Assembly: GCA_900088475.1 (NCBI GenBank)
Contig: FLMG01004102.1
Coordinates: forward strand, 1-64,000
Length of the DNA stretch: 64,000 nucleotides
Direction: 5' to 3'
DNA from: Hyphochytrium catenoides
Taxonomy: Eukaryota; Protista; Hyphochytriomycota
A model generated the notes under the pieces. It had not been told where the DNA came from, did no database searches, and saw only the letters and a list, made by a program, of their open reading frames with translations. The stretch's first letter is position 1; every line of letters begins with the position of its first letter. Positions 1 through 14,400 of the stretch are shown here, in pieces. The position numbers were made by a program, and so were the translations under genes.

Positions 1-15
1 TTTGCTAATTTGAAG

Positions 16-797
16 GTTTGGAGAACCCAGCGACCCTGATAACCCTGATATGAAGAAGGGCATGGCTCGTGCTGCGGGGGGAATTGTCTATGCCCCCGCT
101 AAGGGTATCTGGTACGGCACAAAGTCCGTGGTCAAGGGTGCAGTTCTAGCGGTTGGTGCAGTCGGGGTGGGCCTTGGAGCTGGTGTGGTTAGCCTGGTGT
201 CAGGCACTGGAGAAATGGTACAAGCCGGCATCGAGGCCGCTAAAGATGCCAATAAAAAAGCTCCCAGCTCAGCGGCAGGTGAACGACCAACTATAACAGG
301 ACCAGTTGAAGAGGACGGGACAGGCGAAGAAGCGGTCAAGAAGAAGCCTTCCTTTTCAAGGGGACTCAAAACTGCCACTCTTGGCACTGTCACTGCGCCT
401 GTCATGGTAAGTCTACCTCAGCCATTCTAAGCGGCTAGAACCCGCCTCTATTCTAACAAGAGTGTCATCGTAGGGCCTGTTTGCGGGAGGTGTGGTTGCG
501 GTGGCTAATGTCGTTGCTGCTGGTGGCTATGTGGTGGGAGGTGTGGTCGGAGCAGGTAATAATGTCCGAAGCGGGTTAAAAGAAGTATCTGAAGCTTCCA
601 AGCTAGAAAAGGAAAGAAAGGCAAATCAGGCACGTCAGTCCGTTATTCAGGATGGATCCGCTGGCGAGCGATCAGAGTCCTCGTCTTCATCTTCTACCCC
701 ACAGCCTCCCGTTCAGTATATGATGGGAGAGGAATATGTGGCAGCCAAGATGCGCACTCAAAGCTCAAATGGGCTGGATGACGTTGGGCTAGACTAG
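16..797 (+). CDS. Gly/Ala/Val-rich hypothetical protein with two glycine-zipper-like hydrophobic segments (5' end probably outside the window)
   Basis: Exons of about 16-406 and 474-797 with GTAAGT...TAG intron. Repeated APAKGIWYG...GAVLAVGAVGVGLGAGVV and APVM/GLFAGGVVAVANVVAAGG segments. Stop at 795-797. Confidence 0.55.
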
Positions 798-881
798 AAT
801 CCGGGTTTGGGATGCTTCCAGGCTATCTTACTTAATTTATGATTATAATTTAGATTACATACATTCCTTGCCAGTTGACAG

Positions 882-1270
882 CTATAACGAACCCCAAATG
901 ATGATTGCCGTGATAATGAGTACGAGGAGGACGATGGAGATGCATGTCGCTAGCCGTGGAAATTTGTGGCCCCCAGCGGATGTGACAGGCTTGGAATAAA
1001 TATCATCTTCATTAGACCCTTTCAAACCATCCAAAAGCTGAATGAAGGCAAAGAAAGAGGTTATATGACGGTCTGACTTGGTCATGCAAAGTTAGAGCTT
1101 ACACTGAGATCGTTGTGCCCTGGCAGATAATCGTAGGAGCTGAGGTAATGGTCCTCCTTACGAAGCAGTGCCATTGAGCTGTTTGCTTGGCAGCGACATG
1201 AGCGAAGCGCAAAGCTCACAATCACGCACACAATGATGAGTGTCAAACTGCAACTCCTGAGACCGCCCAT
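882..1270 (-). CDS. Small membrane protein (~107 aa) with an N-terminal hydrophobic segment and a C-terminal TM anchor; may extend upstream to ATG 1822
   Basis: Exon 1270-1103, intron GTAAGC...TTCAG (1102-1038) and exon 1037-882 are in frame. The product ends in RLATCISIVLLVLIITAIIIWGSL. Confidence 0.5.
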
Positions 1271-2431
1271 GGCTCAGTATCTCCCAACAGCCGCGCCAAA
1301 AAGCTTGGGAAGCAGTGTAGGTAGAGAGTCTGACTCGTAGCGTTGACCTCTCTGGAGATCTGGAGTAGGTCTCTGACTTCTGTCCAAGGGCTGGGCCGTG
1401 TACCTGCAGCCGCCCACTATCCGTTGCCCTGTCCTGCTATCTATGACTTCAATGCTTAGAACACGCCGAAGGGGATCAATGGCCTCCATCTCGTGAAGAG
1501 TGGCTCGACGGTCCTGAGACCTCAAAGACACTGCTCTTGAGACACAGACCCCAAGCGACACAGCTAAATAAAGTACCTGACTGATCTTGGTGCTGGCCAA
1601 CACAAGGGAAGACGTCAAGAAAGCAATGGGCGTTACAAGCAAGCAAGAGACCGCCATGTGCGCTACAGGAATTAGTCCAGAAAACACAGTCTGACGTAAC
1701 CGAAGGTGCGCATTTAGGTGCGCTCCGTGGTTTCGAGTTTCGACTTCCCCTTGCTGCTGCTTGCTACAGTGATCTGAAAGGCGGGCATCAGGAATCTTCG
1801 AAGTGAGAGCGGCGGCGGCCATGCATACTTCTTCGCTCCATCACTTACTGACGCGTCGGGATGAGTGTACTTGCAGGGAAGCGATGATAGCGCCGCAAGC
1901 CACAATCATCTGGTCAGCGATGTCTCCGGACGTGAGACCCAGATACGCCGCCGGTAGCTAGCTTGGGTTTGATGCTTCTTGGTTGCAAACGACCCATCTG
2001 ATCAGTGTTCTCCATGTCACCATGGGGAATACTCAACTCCTTCTGAGGATGAGAAAGTTGCGTTGCCGGGCTGCGATAACTGAGCCAGGATTTAGAAGGA
2101 GAAGGAGGGTAGCTACAGAGCTCTTTTCCTCAATAAAAGGCGTAGCGAGGAACTAACAGTAGGTGAGAGGATTTGGTATCGCTCAAGAGGGAGAGACAAA
2201 ACAGACAACTGTGTGCAAGAATAGTAGTCTTCTTTTGGACGATGCATGATGTTCTTCCCTTCATATCCAGAGTGGCATGTCGTACCGGCAGCAAATGCCA
2301 GGTAACGACTCAAGTTCATATAGATATCTTTTAGCTATTTCGCGATCCATCCACGGAATGCAACTAAATAAGGGTAATACTAGTACGCAGCTGTGGTCTG
2401 CGACTGAAGACGGCGGCGGCACTATAGGTGG

Positions 2432-4633
2432 TCATTGCTGCTTGCTATGTCCATCGAGCTTCGTGGTGCTTTTTCCTAAGTCTTCCTTAACCTGACTGAG
2501 GCTGAGTGCCTCCTCTTCCTCGATGCTAATCACTTTGGTGCTCCGTCGACAAGAAGGCATTTTTTTGAAGACATTCAGCCACCTAGGCAGCTCCCTATAC
2601 TTACTACCATCCACCACATAGACCTTGACGACGTAGAGCTGGTAAGCGATGTAGCAGACTGGGATCAGAATACCCATTGTGAGGTTCACCCCTTTGGATA
2701 TCGCAAGATCTGTGTTTGATGCGTACGCAAAAGAGGATCATCAGCTTACGACTGAAGAAATGGCAACACTATTTCAGCCCTCAAGCACATGGAAAGAGTC
2801 ATACCTTTGAATTTCAGACACAAGGAGAGAACCCCACCCGCGAAGAGGTCGATAAATACCGCTAGAATCAGACGATCCATGACGGTCAGGAAGGGAAGTC
2901 GAGGTAGTTTGTCATTCACTACGAAGAGAAATGTAATAGCTCCAAGCAGTAGAGACGCGGTAAGGTTTTGTCTGTCAGAGTACTCCTCTTGAGTCTGTGC
3001 ACCTATGATGAGAAACGTAGTCCAGTGCAGGACCACAATAAAATTTGAGATCAACAGGATCTTCCAGACGTAGTACGCTGAGTTGCGAGATATCGGTACG
3101 ATCAGGCCAAATCTGGTAGGATAGATGAGTGAGACCAGCGATAAGCCATAGATATCAGAGCATCAACGGGAGGAGTGAAGGAAAGCAGACAAGATAGTGT
3201 GATAAAGCAACCTAAACATCGGGCAGAATGACAGCATGCTATTACTGTTGTCAAGGTAACGAGGCAATGAGGCGAAGGAATTGACCAAGGTATAGACTGT
3301 ACGAAGGGGCCTGAAATGGCTTACCCTTGGATCATACCCACGCCACCAGATCGGCTTATCGGGTCCAGGGTAGTCATGTCTTCATGAATGGTCCACTCCA
3401 ACACTTGCCCTTTGACGTACCAAGGGACGGACTCACTAGGCTTTCGCCTCGGATTGTGGACTAACCGTTGCTATTTCGTTTCAACAGGCATGTTAGAACG
3501 GTGACAGCACATAGAACTCAGCACCGTGCAACGTACATTCTCACTTAAGAGCTTCACTCCTAGCACTGCCAAAATGCAGATTTCATCCTCATCGAAAGGG
3601 AAAAACTGCAGATTGCCCTCATTCGCAATGGTACCTATGATGTGGCGAGAGATGTGAGCGCAGATTCAGCCGGAGGTAGCAGGCTACTTATTGGTACCGT
3701 AGCCTCACCCTTAAAGATTATAGTCTGTCGATAGTACTCTGACTCTGTGTTGAAAGTCATCTCCTCCTCCCTCTGCTCAAGATTATCAGCATTTAAGATG
3801 CTGAAGTCCGGGCGCCAAAAGTCATTCGTCTGATCCCTGACTAGCTTCATGAAGGGAGTCTCTTTCCATTGAAGCACCACCCAGAACACCAGATCAATGC
3901 AAGAGTGAATTGAATCCACCTCTCGGAGACGCACGATTAGAAAATGGGCTTCGATGTCAACCATTTCTCCTTGACTGATAGGGTGTGGCATGGTTGACTG
4001 TCGGGCATTTCCCTCTCTTAATCCAGCAGGGACAATGATTTTGCTCTCTTTCATCAGCTTCTTTCTGTTCTCTAGCTCGTTGTTGATGTTGATATTCATC
4101 TGGACATTGCTCACATTGGTAGTGGAGACTTGATGAAGAACGGTTGAGAGTTGTTGCTGCGTCAATCCTCCAGAATTGCTCCCGTTGGTCACAGCTAATG
4201 GTGGGCCCCCTAAGTCAGAAGGGGGCCCACCTGGCCCAGGTACCTCTTGTACCTCAGAAACATTTCCTTCCCCTCCTGCTAGTCCATTCTTCTGCCCCTC
4301 GCCCTGAAAGTTGGGATCGAGCATTTCAGTGGGTCCATTTGATGTTGAAGATTCAGAGGAGTCAGTGTCATCCTGTTCCCTAACGTGAGATAGTCGGGGA
4401 CCTCCCGCCGAAGGCGAGGAAGGATTTGGCTGCGGGATGGCATGTGGGTGATTGTTAACAGAGAATGGTGGAAGAAGTTTTGGCTTTGCTGGTGCCCGCT
4501 GATCACGCACATCAGGAGGTTGCTTGAGGTCGTGCGTCAAGAAGACGAGGGACGAGGATCTCCGCCATATTCCTTCAGCCCTACTCCTAAGCCGCGTCTT
4601 CTCTCGCCCACTTCCAATGTGCGGGGCGCTCAT
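2432..4633 (-). CDS. Cys-less (Pro-loop, GLIC/ELIC-like) pentameric ligand-gated ion channel subunit
   Basis: Extracellular-domain motifs FWVVLQW, FWRPDFSILNA and FKGTIANEGNLQFFPFD (Pro-loop). Pre-M1 ISRNSAYYVWKI, M2 SDRQNLTASLLLGAITFLFVVNDKLPRLPFLT, M3 and M4 are present across several exons. Confidence 0.88.
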
Positions 4634-5445
4634 TATTATAGAGACTATTTATTCAGCTACTGGCTGAGTCAGCTCTGGAGATTGCCATATAGGGAACTAC
4701 TGACAAGCCACCATGTGGGAGTTATGAAGCAACAGTCTCTTCTCCTTTTACCTTTCTGCAAGCCATCCCCATCTTCTGATTAACTTTTCGAACCTAACCA
4801 AGGTTCAAGAGCATCCTGTCGGTGGCGACTATGCAAAGAGCCCGTCGCACATAATTGGGAGCGGAGCATTCAATCAATCGCGCTGCTCCTCCTGCCCAGC
4901 GCTTGTTGTTGCTATATTCCTGCGCCTGACTGTCTTGGCCCAACGAGGAGGAGAGGATCGCTCATCAGCAGTCGACCTCCTCCTCCCTGTGACGCTATGA
5001 AGAGGACACTACCAGTAACTGGTCATAAAGGTCCACTCCACCTCATAAGGTAGGGCCAACAGACAGCAGCGCAGGGGGGAAGAAGAAGTGGCCAGAAGCC
5101 GTTACTGCCAGCACACAGAAGCACTAAAGGGACGTTATCGGCTCCTGTAACGACCAAACTTCTCGTTTTTTGAGAGTGAGACGGGCTCTCTGACCTCCCT
5201 GGTGCTGACCAGATTTTGCATCAGACGCAGCAGCTTGGCTGGTGGTGGCAATATGCGGAACTGCGTCTCACAGAGGGACAGTGACTAATAAAGACGTCTT
5301 CATTATCAATCTCTATAGCAGAGAACCAAAGGCAGTCATTCCTCTTGCTCTTAATCCTGTTTTTCATAATAGAGAAAGATTTCACAGCGACCGGCAAGCT
5401 ATCAACCCTCCTCCTCCTGCTAACACGAGGAGGACCTCATTCCTC

Positions 5446-8155
<2,710 letters not shown>

Positions 8156-9232
8156 TTACCACGTTGCCATGCTCTAATGACTCTTGTGTCTATAGTCTAA
8201 TGTCCTGGTTCTAAAGCTGAAAGTGCCAACAAGCCAGCAGGCAGGGACGTCAGAGCGTCGGAGTGGTCATCATCAGCTCGAACATCATCATCAGAACCCA
8301 TCAACACACTCATCATGAACAACACCACCACTCTACGAGTCAGCTTTGGCGATAATTGCCGCTAACGGCAATTAGTCGCTCAACTACAATTGCTCCTTGA
8401 CTTCAGTGGGAGTGTTAGGACTTAGGACTGTGAGTTGTATCTGGTGGATGGATGCATTCAAGAGGTGATGATGATTGATGACAGGAGAAGGGGGAGGAGT
8501 GGCAACACTTACTCTTCTTCTGGGGTTCCCTCTACTGTGAGACTGGAGACAGATATCTTCCAGAGGGTGAAAGGAGCCTTGAGAATCTATTTCAGAGCTA
8601 CATGCCAACACTGAGCAGAGGTAGAGTCCCATTATAGGGAGAACGGGCTGATTTCGCCTTTACAATTACTGCTGGGTCTCTGTTAACCTATCTATTGCCT
8701 GGTGCGTTTGAAGGATGCTGATGATGTCAGGGGCCTTCGTAGACAAAAGACCTGTGTTGCCCCCCGTTGGCCGTCTGTTAGCACCTCTGCCACTCTAGGT
8801 CATCGACACTGCCCATAATCTTGCCCGGCTGTTTGTACGGACCAGTAAGTTCAAGAAGGCATTCGCTCTCTTGATCAGTCCTCGCCCATGATCCTTCCGC
8901 GAACACTCTTCCGGAATGACCCACCAGCAACCTACTAATGTAACCCGTAGCCAATTCTTGATGAGGCAACCCCAATGCCGTATTCCCAGAGGTGCTATAC
9001 GTCCCTTCCCTAAAGTGCAGCTAACATCCACTTTAAAATTGGCGCCATGCAGGCTGTCGTCACTGAATACCTACGGCAATCAAGCGAATGCCATGGTTCT
9101 GTGCCATAGGCGTCGCTACAGTGGTGATGTGCCAGCGGTAACACGACGTGCCTGAACTAGACCATAGAAGAGAGGAAGATTCCCGCCATGCGGGCTTTGT
9201 GGGAGCACAAAACGTTCGGTGGACATCAAAAG

Positions 9233-10485
9233 TCACGGCCAGTACTCTTCACCCTTGGCAAGATCACTCATTTTACCGTGTGCAAAGGTGTAGATACAGT
9301 GACCTACAAAAGATTATGAGCATGTATTGCATCCAGTCCCTTCATAGTGATATGCAGCCTTACCCTCATGAGTGCAAATGAATCCTGCGTGTCGCATCAT
9401 ACTAAAGAACTCCTTCGAGGCTGCAATTCGTCGCTGCCAGGACATCAAGAAGGACCTATATGTGAAGCAAAGTTTATTAGTATCATCTACAATCTTCTAA
9501 TAAGTCACAAAATAAAAGTCAGTGCACGGACCTGGACGGTTTGTTCTCTAGGATTGTCAGTAATGTCTTCACAAGATCTATGCGGGAACTGAGTGGGTTA
9601 ATAAGCGCGAATCTAGTTTGACGGCAGAAGTCCGCACCTGGATAAGCACTAACGTACAGCAGGATATCACTCGCCACTATCACATCGAAGTGGAGCATGT
9701 CCGTTGGGATGCCTTGACCCCAGTTATGGGGGAAATGGGGGACAGGGTCATGTCCATTGAGCTTGAAATTATGGGCGATATTATCTACAACGATGAAAGG
9801 TTGAAAAGTAAGCGTGTGGTGCAAAATGGGACGTGTTTTGCCTTACCTTGGATGTCCTTGTCATCGGCATCGCTTGTAACCAAGGACTTGAATCCTCTGC
9901 TATGAAGAAAAATGGATAGCAAGCCAGTTGCGGAACCAAGCTCTAGGATCCGCCTAGATTGAAGTTCGTGCTCAAGACTCAGCTAGGAGACCAAGAGATG
10001 GACAAGCAGGTTGCGCATTAGCCTGGACACGAGACGGGTCTGCTTTCGATGTCAACATTGTTAGGATTGAGGTCTCAAAAGGACTTACTAGGTACTGAGC
10101 CATCACGAAGGTGCCCGGCCTGGCACGAAGGAAATTAGAGTAGCGGTATTGTCAGGCATTGTAACTCTTTATTAGAGCAAATTTTCATCTGAGGTGTTTA
10201 CCATAGTCGATTGGCGTTCTGCGAGTAGGAGTTAAGAGCTTTGAGAGGCACTGCCGGGCCTTAGCGATAAGAAGGAAGAGTTACCTTGGGGTGAAAGTCA
10301 AACTGCCGGACTTTAAGCTTCTGGCCACACACCTCTACCTCCTGAACCTCAAAGTTCTGCTGGTACCCTTGGCGTCTCCTCTCTCCGTCCTCTGCGTCAG
10401 ATGAATCATCGTCATATAGGCCCATTAGGGATATCACTGGCCCTGTGTCGACCGAAGCAACATGGGCCTTCGAAAAGTCTGCCAT
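9233..10485 (-). CDS. Lysine methyltransferase, METTL21/Methyltransf_16 family (3' end approximate)
   Basis: Spliced reading NANRLWPGTFVMAQYL-LSLEHELQSRRILELGSATGL (motif I), VTSD, HNWG, FDVIVASDILLY, FLMSWQRR. Confidence 0.85.
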
Positions 10486-10919
10486 GCCTTGTCCTGGTCG
10501 AGTAGATGCCACCAAGGCTAAGACTTATCACGGTCCTATCTAGACTGCCTCAAACAGAGATCTGCTGTGCTCCTCTTCATTAGCGGCAAGGATAGTGGTG
10601 ATTGACCAAGGCGCAGATTCTGCTTCATCGACGGCAGCAAGTATGACCTCTGATGAGCCGACAGCATTTGTCTGCAGCTCCTGTCTGTGAAGCTTCCTAA
10701 TTCATTGATCCATTGGTTAGAGATGACAGAAGTGTGTGCGCTGTTCGACATATGACAGTTAGTGCATTGTCGCTGCGGCCAATCAGCGTGCGATCATATG
10801 GAGCGAAGTGCCGGTAACGGCTATTCCTGTGATTGATCTCTGAAGTCTCTTGGTGTTGGGCCGAAGCGTTACTCTAACTTTAGAGCAGGCTTGCCTCCTA
10901 CAGAGACGACCATCTCAGT

Positions 10920-11172
10920 GCCGCCGCCGCAGCAGCAGCAGCAGGAGAAGCAGTCCCCGCAGCAGAGCAGCAGGAGCAGAACAAGTAGAAGTGATAGTAG
11001 CAGCAGCAGTAAAGCGCGGCAGCAGGCAGCAGCATCACAAGCACTCAGCAGCAACAGCTGGAGAAGCACTGAGCAGCAGGCGGAGAAGCACTGAGCAGCA
11101 GGCGAAGAAGCACCGAACAGCAGCAGGAGAAGCATTAGCATCAGCAGCAGGAGAAGAAGCAGCAGCAGCAAC
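10920..11172. repeat. Degenerate CAG/GCA-based micro/minisatellite
   Basis: Runs of gcagcagca interleaved with a ~22-nt unit ggagaagcactgagcagcaggc (two near-identical copies plus variants), located between divergent genes. Confidence 0.8.
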
Positions 11173-11417
11173 ATACATGGACGAGTAGTCAAATGGTAAT
11201 TGTCACAGCATCAACATTCCAGAGCTACGACTTTTGTGCCCTCGTGCCCTCTGCAACTATCCTCTTACTTAGATCTTGGACATTTAGTGACCAAGTTTGC
11301 CGCATCCTTGAATCGGCCAAAGTTTATTAGGAAGCTCTGCCCGCCTGTGAAAACAAGACCCTCTAGATCATAAGCATAATACCGGAATCCGGCCAGGATT
11401 GGGCACAGGAACATACC

Positions 11418-14400
11418 ATGCTGGGTAGCGTTGGAGGTGCTAAGAAAGCAAGCCCCGTCCTTGCCAAGGGACTGCGAAAGGAGGCGACTAAGAAAGTGCA
11501 TAGCTTATCTGACTCAAGGACTATAAGACAAGCGGTACCCGTCCGAAAAGAGAGTGATATACATAGCTTCTCAAGGCCCCTTGGACAGATCGGTAGGTCG
11601 CATTCCTTGTCTTTAAGGAAGAGATCTATAAACGTCTGCATTGTTTCTAGGACGCCTTAACATTGATCTCCTGAGTGTTGAGGAGCTCGATCTGGGTCCT
11701 CAGCTGAAATTGACAGCACTAGACACGTGCCGCTTCGCCGTACATAGTCAGAACGACCCGGCTTACGAGAGTCTGAGCACAGATGTGCCCATAAAACGGA
11801 GGGGCGAAAGTGCTCGAGTGGATATCAACCAACAAGTTAGCCTACCGTTCTACCTGCTTGAGAGTGGAACCCTCCCACCAATCGCCTTGGAGTTCCACCT
11901 CAAGATCCCCTGCCAAAAGCAGTCTCCTGGGAGAACGGTTGCAAGGGCGATCTTTAGAATTGATGAGCTGCAGAGAGACTGCAAGCTTTCTGGCGGAAAA
12001 GTTCATAATAAGATATACGAATTGACTCTTATCCGAGATGAAGACTGGGCTGCGGCAGGAACCTTGCTCTTCGCTATATGCTTTACAGCTACAGCAGCTT
12101 GTGAGAGGGAAAGCTCACGGAGTCGACAGTTAACAAGAGCTCTGACTGTAACTGGAAGGGGAAGAGTGCGCATCCACATTGTTCAGATGCTTCATACACC
12201 AGCATCGGAGACACACAAGCCATCCACAAACTTCGTCCTCAAGGTCTGCAGCTTCCTTAACACTCTGTATCTCTCTATTGAACGTGCCGTTTGGTAACAG
12301 TTGCTAACGCATGGTCCTTTGCAAAAAATGATTGCTGCCCCTCTCTGTCCTAGCTCTCTTTACGGTCTGCAAACGACGGTTGGCTCTGCTACCCGCTGAT
12401 GACAGGGTTAAATGATGCTGACAAGGAACAGGGAACTGTGTTTCTTACGGGGAAAACGGTTATGCGTCACGGTAGGCGGCACATCGTCCCATTTTATGGG
12501 CTTGCAAGCATTGCTCACCAAATATTATATTGTCTTCGTTGCACGGTCTGTGCTTGTTGCTGTTGAGAGTGCAGACGTTCCTACTGCATACTTGGGGCGT
12601 GCGGTGGAGTTTGACTTGGATCGCCGAAGTGAACTACCGCAAGGAGGAGATGGATTAGCATCACTTGCTCCCTTACAGCTGAGCTTTCAGCTCTTCGACT
12701 GCCCAGCTTCTAGCGGGAGATATAGTGCACCACGTTTCTTTGCAGAAGGCCACTTTCCTCTGGCCCCAATGCTGGCCAAAGGAGCCACCGGTACTCCCAA
12801 GACTTAGATGTCGCTCTGTGACTATCAATGTTCCCACTTTCTTGGTGACGGAAGCCAGTAGAATATGCTCTGACATAGTCCATCGCTTTTTTGCAGGTGA
12901 CTACGTGGAATTGGAATGTCCACCGGGTAGAAAGGCAGCTGTGCTTGTGTCTTCGGAGATAGTAGAGGCTGAAACCACATACGAGGGCACATTGCCTGCA
13001 AAGTCTTTGCCGGGAGTCTCAAATATAGCAGATGTGGTCTCTGGAGCAGACGAAACGAAGGCTATTTTCCAGCTATGGATAGCCATAAAGCGTGGGGTGG
13101 GGCTTGGGCCAGCCGTTCGTCCGTTCATTCATTGTCCATACCTTCAGGTGAGAACAAGAGACTGGTAGATGGGAAGAAGCGTCGCTTGCAGTTAGGTGAG
13201 AAGTGCGGGCGAGGGTGAGATTCTCTTGGCGACTGTTTCCCTTGCTCCACTCAGATTCTCTTGCTCGATCGCCCCCTTAAACGTTTTGCATGGTTCTGCA
13301 GTTGAAAAGCTCAGATGGCGGCCAAGAATATGTTACAGAGCCTTGGGAGGGCAGAGGAAGGATTGCCCTGTGGAACCACCTTAGCAGCATGCTGGTTAAA
13401 GGAGGAGGCCAGAGCTTCTACCTCTTTCTATACGACCAAAGGGCAGATTCTAGCCTTCTCCTTGCTAGTTCCATCTTCACCATGGAGCCTTTTACTGGTA
13501 GGGGGGTTGCTTCCGGAAGCATTTCCATCCTATTTAACCCAAGTCGGTGCCCCTGTTAACTCCAGCAGGAGGGCCACCGCGTCCAATTCATTGCTGGGTA
13601 GAGATGAAGCCCACAGAGGCGCTATCGGCTGAAGATAAGCGATTTAGCATCCAGGGGAATGTTAACGTACGGATTGAGGTGTCGTTCCTCTTCCTGCCTC
13701 CAGGTGACACTATTCAACTCAGCGATGTTGATGTTCGGGAACTGCTGGATGTTCAACCCCAAGGTATTCGTCTTGATAAGTCCATCCATCTAGGTCCTTC
13801 TTGAGGAGTGCCACAAACGTACTGACCCTGTCAATCGCAGTCATTGTGCCTCGCCTTCCGTACGCCATAGATACTCTGACTTCAGGCGTAGAGCATGGAA
13901 GTGAGGACACTAAAAAGAAAGGAGACATTTCCCCTGCTACCTCATCCAAGGGAAGCCAGAATGGAATCAACAACAGCGAGACCAGAAATGAGGCTGAGCA
14001 GGAATGTAACGTTCTCGACGCCCAAGGACGCACTAAACAGGTACTTGCCACATCTCCGCGCCCGACCGTTGGATTAGAGCGCTGGAAACCTAGTCAGCAA
14101 GATCTGGCTTCTTAAAGGACATCGATAAATGGAGGAGAGAGGTGGCGTAGGCCGACGACAATACTAATCACGCACGCCACCGAGTCCGAGGGCAAGATCC
14201 CAGGTGCTAGCTAAGTAAACGTCTTCTTACAGAACATCAGCCAAACAAAGCTTCTATGGGGTGACTGCGCTGAGCTGTTGGCTAGGATTCAGGTTGATCT
14301 TCAGCTCCAGCGCCAGATTGACAGCCGCCGCCAAGTAGGAGTAAAGAGGTGAGCCTAGTTGGTGTAATTGGTGCTCAGGGTTGTGGCTACATTTTCGCGG

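Noticed and set aside
8778-9075. LHGANFKVDV motif resembling 6-pyruvoyl-tetrahydropterin synthase/QueD
   Set aside because: No other PTPS motifs and no coherent spliced model; probably 3' UTR or intergenic.
10850-11192. Poly-Q/S/A and poly-L/C ORFs in the ORF track
   Set aside because: They are by-products of the CAG repeat, which is open in several frames on both strands.
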